Shown here: one piece after another, positions 62,074 through 64,000 of the stretch
How the letters are laid out: every line of letters starts with the position of its first letter
Position numbering within the stretch: the first letter of the stretch is position 1
IMG/VR virus record: IMGVR_UViG_3300015615_000196
Span: 1-64,000 of that record
Origin: a virus
Taxonomy: Duplodnaviria; Caudoviricetes
Reading direction: 5' to 3' (one strand)
Length of the DNA: 64,000 nt
Position numbers and translations under genes: made by a program
Notes under the pieces: model-generated
The model's input: only the letters and a program-made list of their open reading frames with translations
Told to the model about the DNA's origin: nothing
Database searches by the model: none

Positions 62074-64000
62074 TTAGAGATTGACTTGCTTCTCAGCCAT
62101 TTCGAACTTGAAGGTCAACTCCTTGCCATCAATCTTCTGGACAAGTGTGTCTTCTTCGAAAGACTTGAATTCAGCAAACCACTTCTTCGATAAAATCAAC
62201 GCAAATTTGATCTGCGCGATTTCTTGAAGAGCAGCCTTACGCTGTGTAGATACGTCAGCGTTTACGGTCTTCAACCAGTTCTCAAGGATTTCATCCTTCT
62301 TCTTCTGGTCTTTCAAAGACGTGTAAATCTTTGAAGTGATTTGAGTGTTGTAGTCCTCAATTGCTGGCTTGAGCAATTCGTCAGCCGGAGTCAACGTCTT
62401 GCCATCTTCCAGTTTCTTGATCACACTGGCAACCGTAGGAATGCTTGAGTACTTGGCAATCTTCGTGTTGAGTTCAACTGCCATGTAGAAGTCTTGACTT
62501 TTTTCAGTCAACATCTTCGGAGCAAATCCGTTGTAGGTTGTGATACCGAGTTCTTTCAACCAAGCCTCTGCTTCCGATCCGTATTTTTCAACGAAACCTT
62601 GTGAGGTCTTAGGGAAGTGTTCCTCATTGAAGTACTTGTAGGCTTTTGCAAGACCTTGAAGTTTCAATAAGTTGAATTCGATTTCTGCAAGTTTCTTTGC
62701 AGAGATTGACTTCACCATCTTTCTGTTGATCACAGGAAGAGCAGAGAAATCAAGCACAACAATTTGATTTGGCAGATAGCTTTCTGCTGAATCAATGATT
62801 CCGTTTGCTTGGAACAATGCGAAAGTTGCCTTCGACAAAGTCACCGGAAGTTTCGTGATGTTCAAGATACCATCCTTGATGATCGTGTAGTTACGGAAGA
62901 TGAACGTATCGATACGCTCAATTCCAAACTTGTTCTTCGGTAAGTTGATGTAACCATCGAAGCGAACGTTGATCGATAAGTTGGCTCTTTCAGATGACCA
63001 CACAAGATTTGAGATCGTGTAACCTTTGGTCTTGTCGTTGTACTCGAACTTGACCGCATCTTGATTGGTCTGTGCAAATGAATCAGTCAAGGCTTTCAAT
63101 TCCTCAACGGTCTTCGCACCTGCAAGCTGTGACTTTTGGCTCTCATTGAGTTCGCCAGTAGATGTTGCTTGCACTTTCTTCGCACCGATTCTCTTGTACG
63201 TGAAGTTTTCGTTCAACGGATAAACAAGAGCATTTTCATCGGCAGTCAAGTCATTGATGAAGTTCATCACGCAGTATGCGTTTTCATCAACAACCAATTT
63301 CTCAACACGGCCTTTCAAGAATTGTTTCGTATTATCGAAGACACATTCCTTCACCATGTTCTTGAAGCTGAACAACTTTTGCTTTCCGTATGCGTTAACG
63401 AACACATCATAAAGGTTCTTGTCGCCCAACACCTTGAACACATCGTCAGCGTAATCGTTTTGAAGTTTTTCCATCAAAACGTAGAGACTGGTGTAAACGA
63501 GTTTGTTGAGTTCAGGTTTGTTCTCGTAGTTAAGTACGAGACCAGTGTTTGCCTTCTCTGCGAACCAAAGAAGTGAGAGAGTGTCTTCTGGTACTAATAC
63601 CTGATCGTCCGTGACACTGTAGAGAATGATTTCGTTGGTGGGTGATACCGTGAAAACGAAATCGAAAATTCTGTTGCTCGGAATGTCAACAAGAATCTTT
63701 TTCGAAGAACCGTAGGTCTTTTGAAGTTTTGCTTCGAAGACTACATCGTAATCATCGAACTGCTCGGCTTCAACCTTCTCACCACCGACAAGTTCTGCCA
63801 TCTTTGCGATTGCATTGCTGTCAGCATAGTAGCCGTATTCAACGAAAGTTGAAGCAGCAAGGTCGCCTTCGAGAGTCTTCAATGACTTCATTACATCCGA
63901 CCAGTTACAGTCGTTGTTACCACCATCAGTCAAGAAGATCAAAGAAAAGACTCCGTCTTTACGGTTCTTTCTGATTCTTCCGATTGCTTCTTTTGCAAGA
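62074..64000 (-). CDS. large vWA-domain protein, N-terminus beyond window
   Basis: IFLTDG and VEYGYYAD...MAELVGG vWA C-terminal strands; frame open to the window edge. Confidence 0.75.
   Translation of the reverse strand, partial: LAKEAIGRIRKNRKDGVFSLIFLTDGGNNDCNWSDVMKSLKTLEGDLAASTFVEYGYYADSNAIAKMAELVGGEKVEAEQFDDYDVVFEAKLQKTYGSSKKILVDIPSNRIFDFVFTVSPTNEIILYSVTDDQVLVPEDTLSLLWFAEKANTGLVLNYENKPELNKLVYTSLYVLMEKLQNDYADDVFKVLGDKNLYDVFVNAYGKQKLFSFKNMVKECVFDNTKQFLKGRVEKLVVDENAYCVMNFINDLTADENALVYPLNENFTYKRIGAKKVQATSTGELNESQKSQLAGAKTVEELKALTDSFAQTNQDAVKFEYNDKTKGYTISNLVWSSERANLSINVRFDGYINLPKNKFGIERIDTFIFRNYTIIKDGILNITKLPVTLSKATFALFQANGIIDSAESYLPNQIVVLDFSALPVINRKMVKSISAKKLAEIEFNLLKLQGLAKAYKYFNEEHFPKTSQGFVEKYGSEAEAWLKELGITTYNGFAPKMLTEKSQDFYMAVELNTKIAKYSSIPTVASVIKKLEDGKTLTPADELLKPAIEDYNTQITSKIYTSLKDQKKKDEILENWLKTVNADVSTQRKAALQEIAQIKFALILSKKWFAEFKSFEEDTLVQKIDGKELTFKFEMAEKQVNL

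Noticed and set aside
898-63942. Genome-wide TAG reassignment (code 15)
   Set aside because: Long genes are intact under code 11 and TAG ends several genes; in-frame TAGs were found only in the 51603-52026 unit
62074-64000. Ro60/TROVE partner for the Y-like RNAs
   Set aside because: The vWA domain is N-terminal here whereas Ro60 has it C-terminal, and no TROVE motifs are seen

Overview
64-kb fragment of a large (jumbo-type) lytic phage genome, most likely infecting Bacteroidota (A-rich start regions without Shine-Dalgarno; GTTG...CAAC 36-nt CRISPR repeat). No structural or replisome genes are in view. Layout: (1) the degenerating end of a cas-less CRISPR array (9-836); (2) a dense block of small hypothetical 'early' genes (about 1-32 kb) containing a phage ECF sigma factor, with >30 copies window-wide of a SigW-like promoter AAC-N16/17-CGT; (3) auxiliary genes (bestrophin, QueC-like, amidase, RmlC, Thg1, GMP reductase/IMPDH, dNMP kinase, ClpP, HD hydrolases, two Pth2-like proteins, endonuclease VII, vWA proteins); (4) a minus-strand array of about 29 tRNA genes plus several tRNA mimics (53.8-61.5 kb). 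The strongest signals are absent from the ORF track and look like a translation-stress circuit. A 42-codon leader whose codons mirror the anticodons of the downstream array sits over a terminator/antiterminator pair (a putative attenuator, 61543-61790). The array contains a CUA (amber) suppressor tRNA. A Pth2-like gene and the uORF after it (MKKL*IIERPP*) each have an in-frame TAG near the start. There is also a ~190-nt minimal RNase P RNA (45275-45466) and two circularly permuted, YrlA-like tRNA mimics. All calls were made by eye from sequence; no database search was run.
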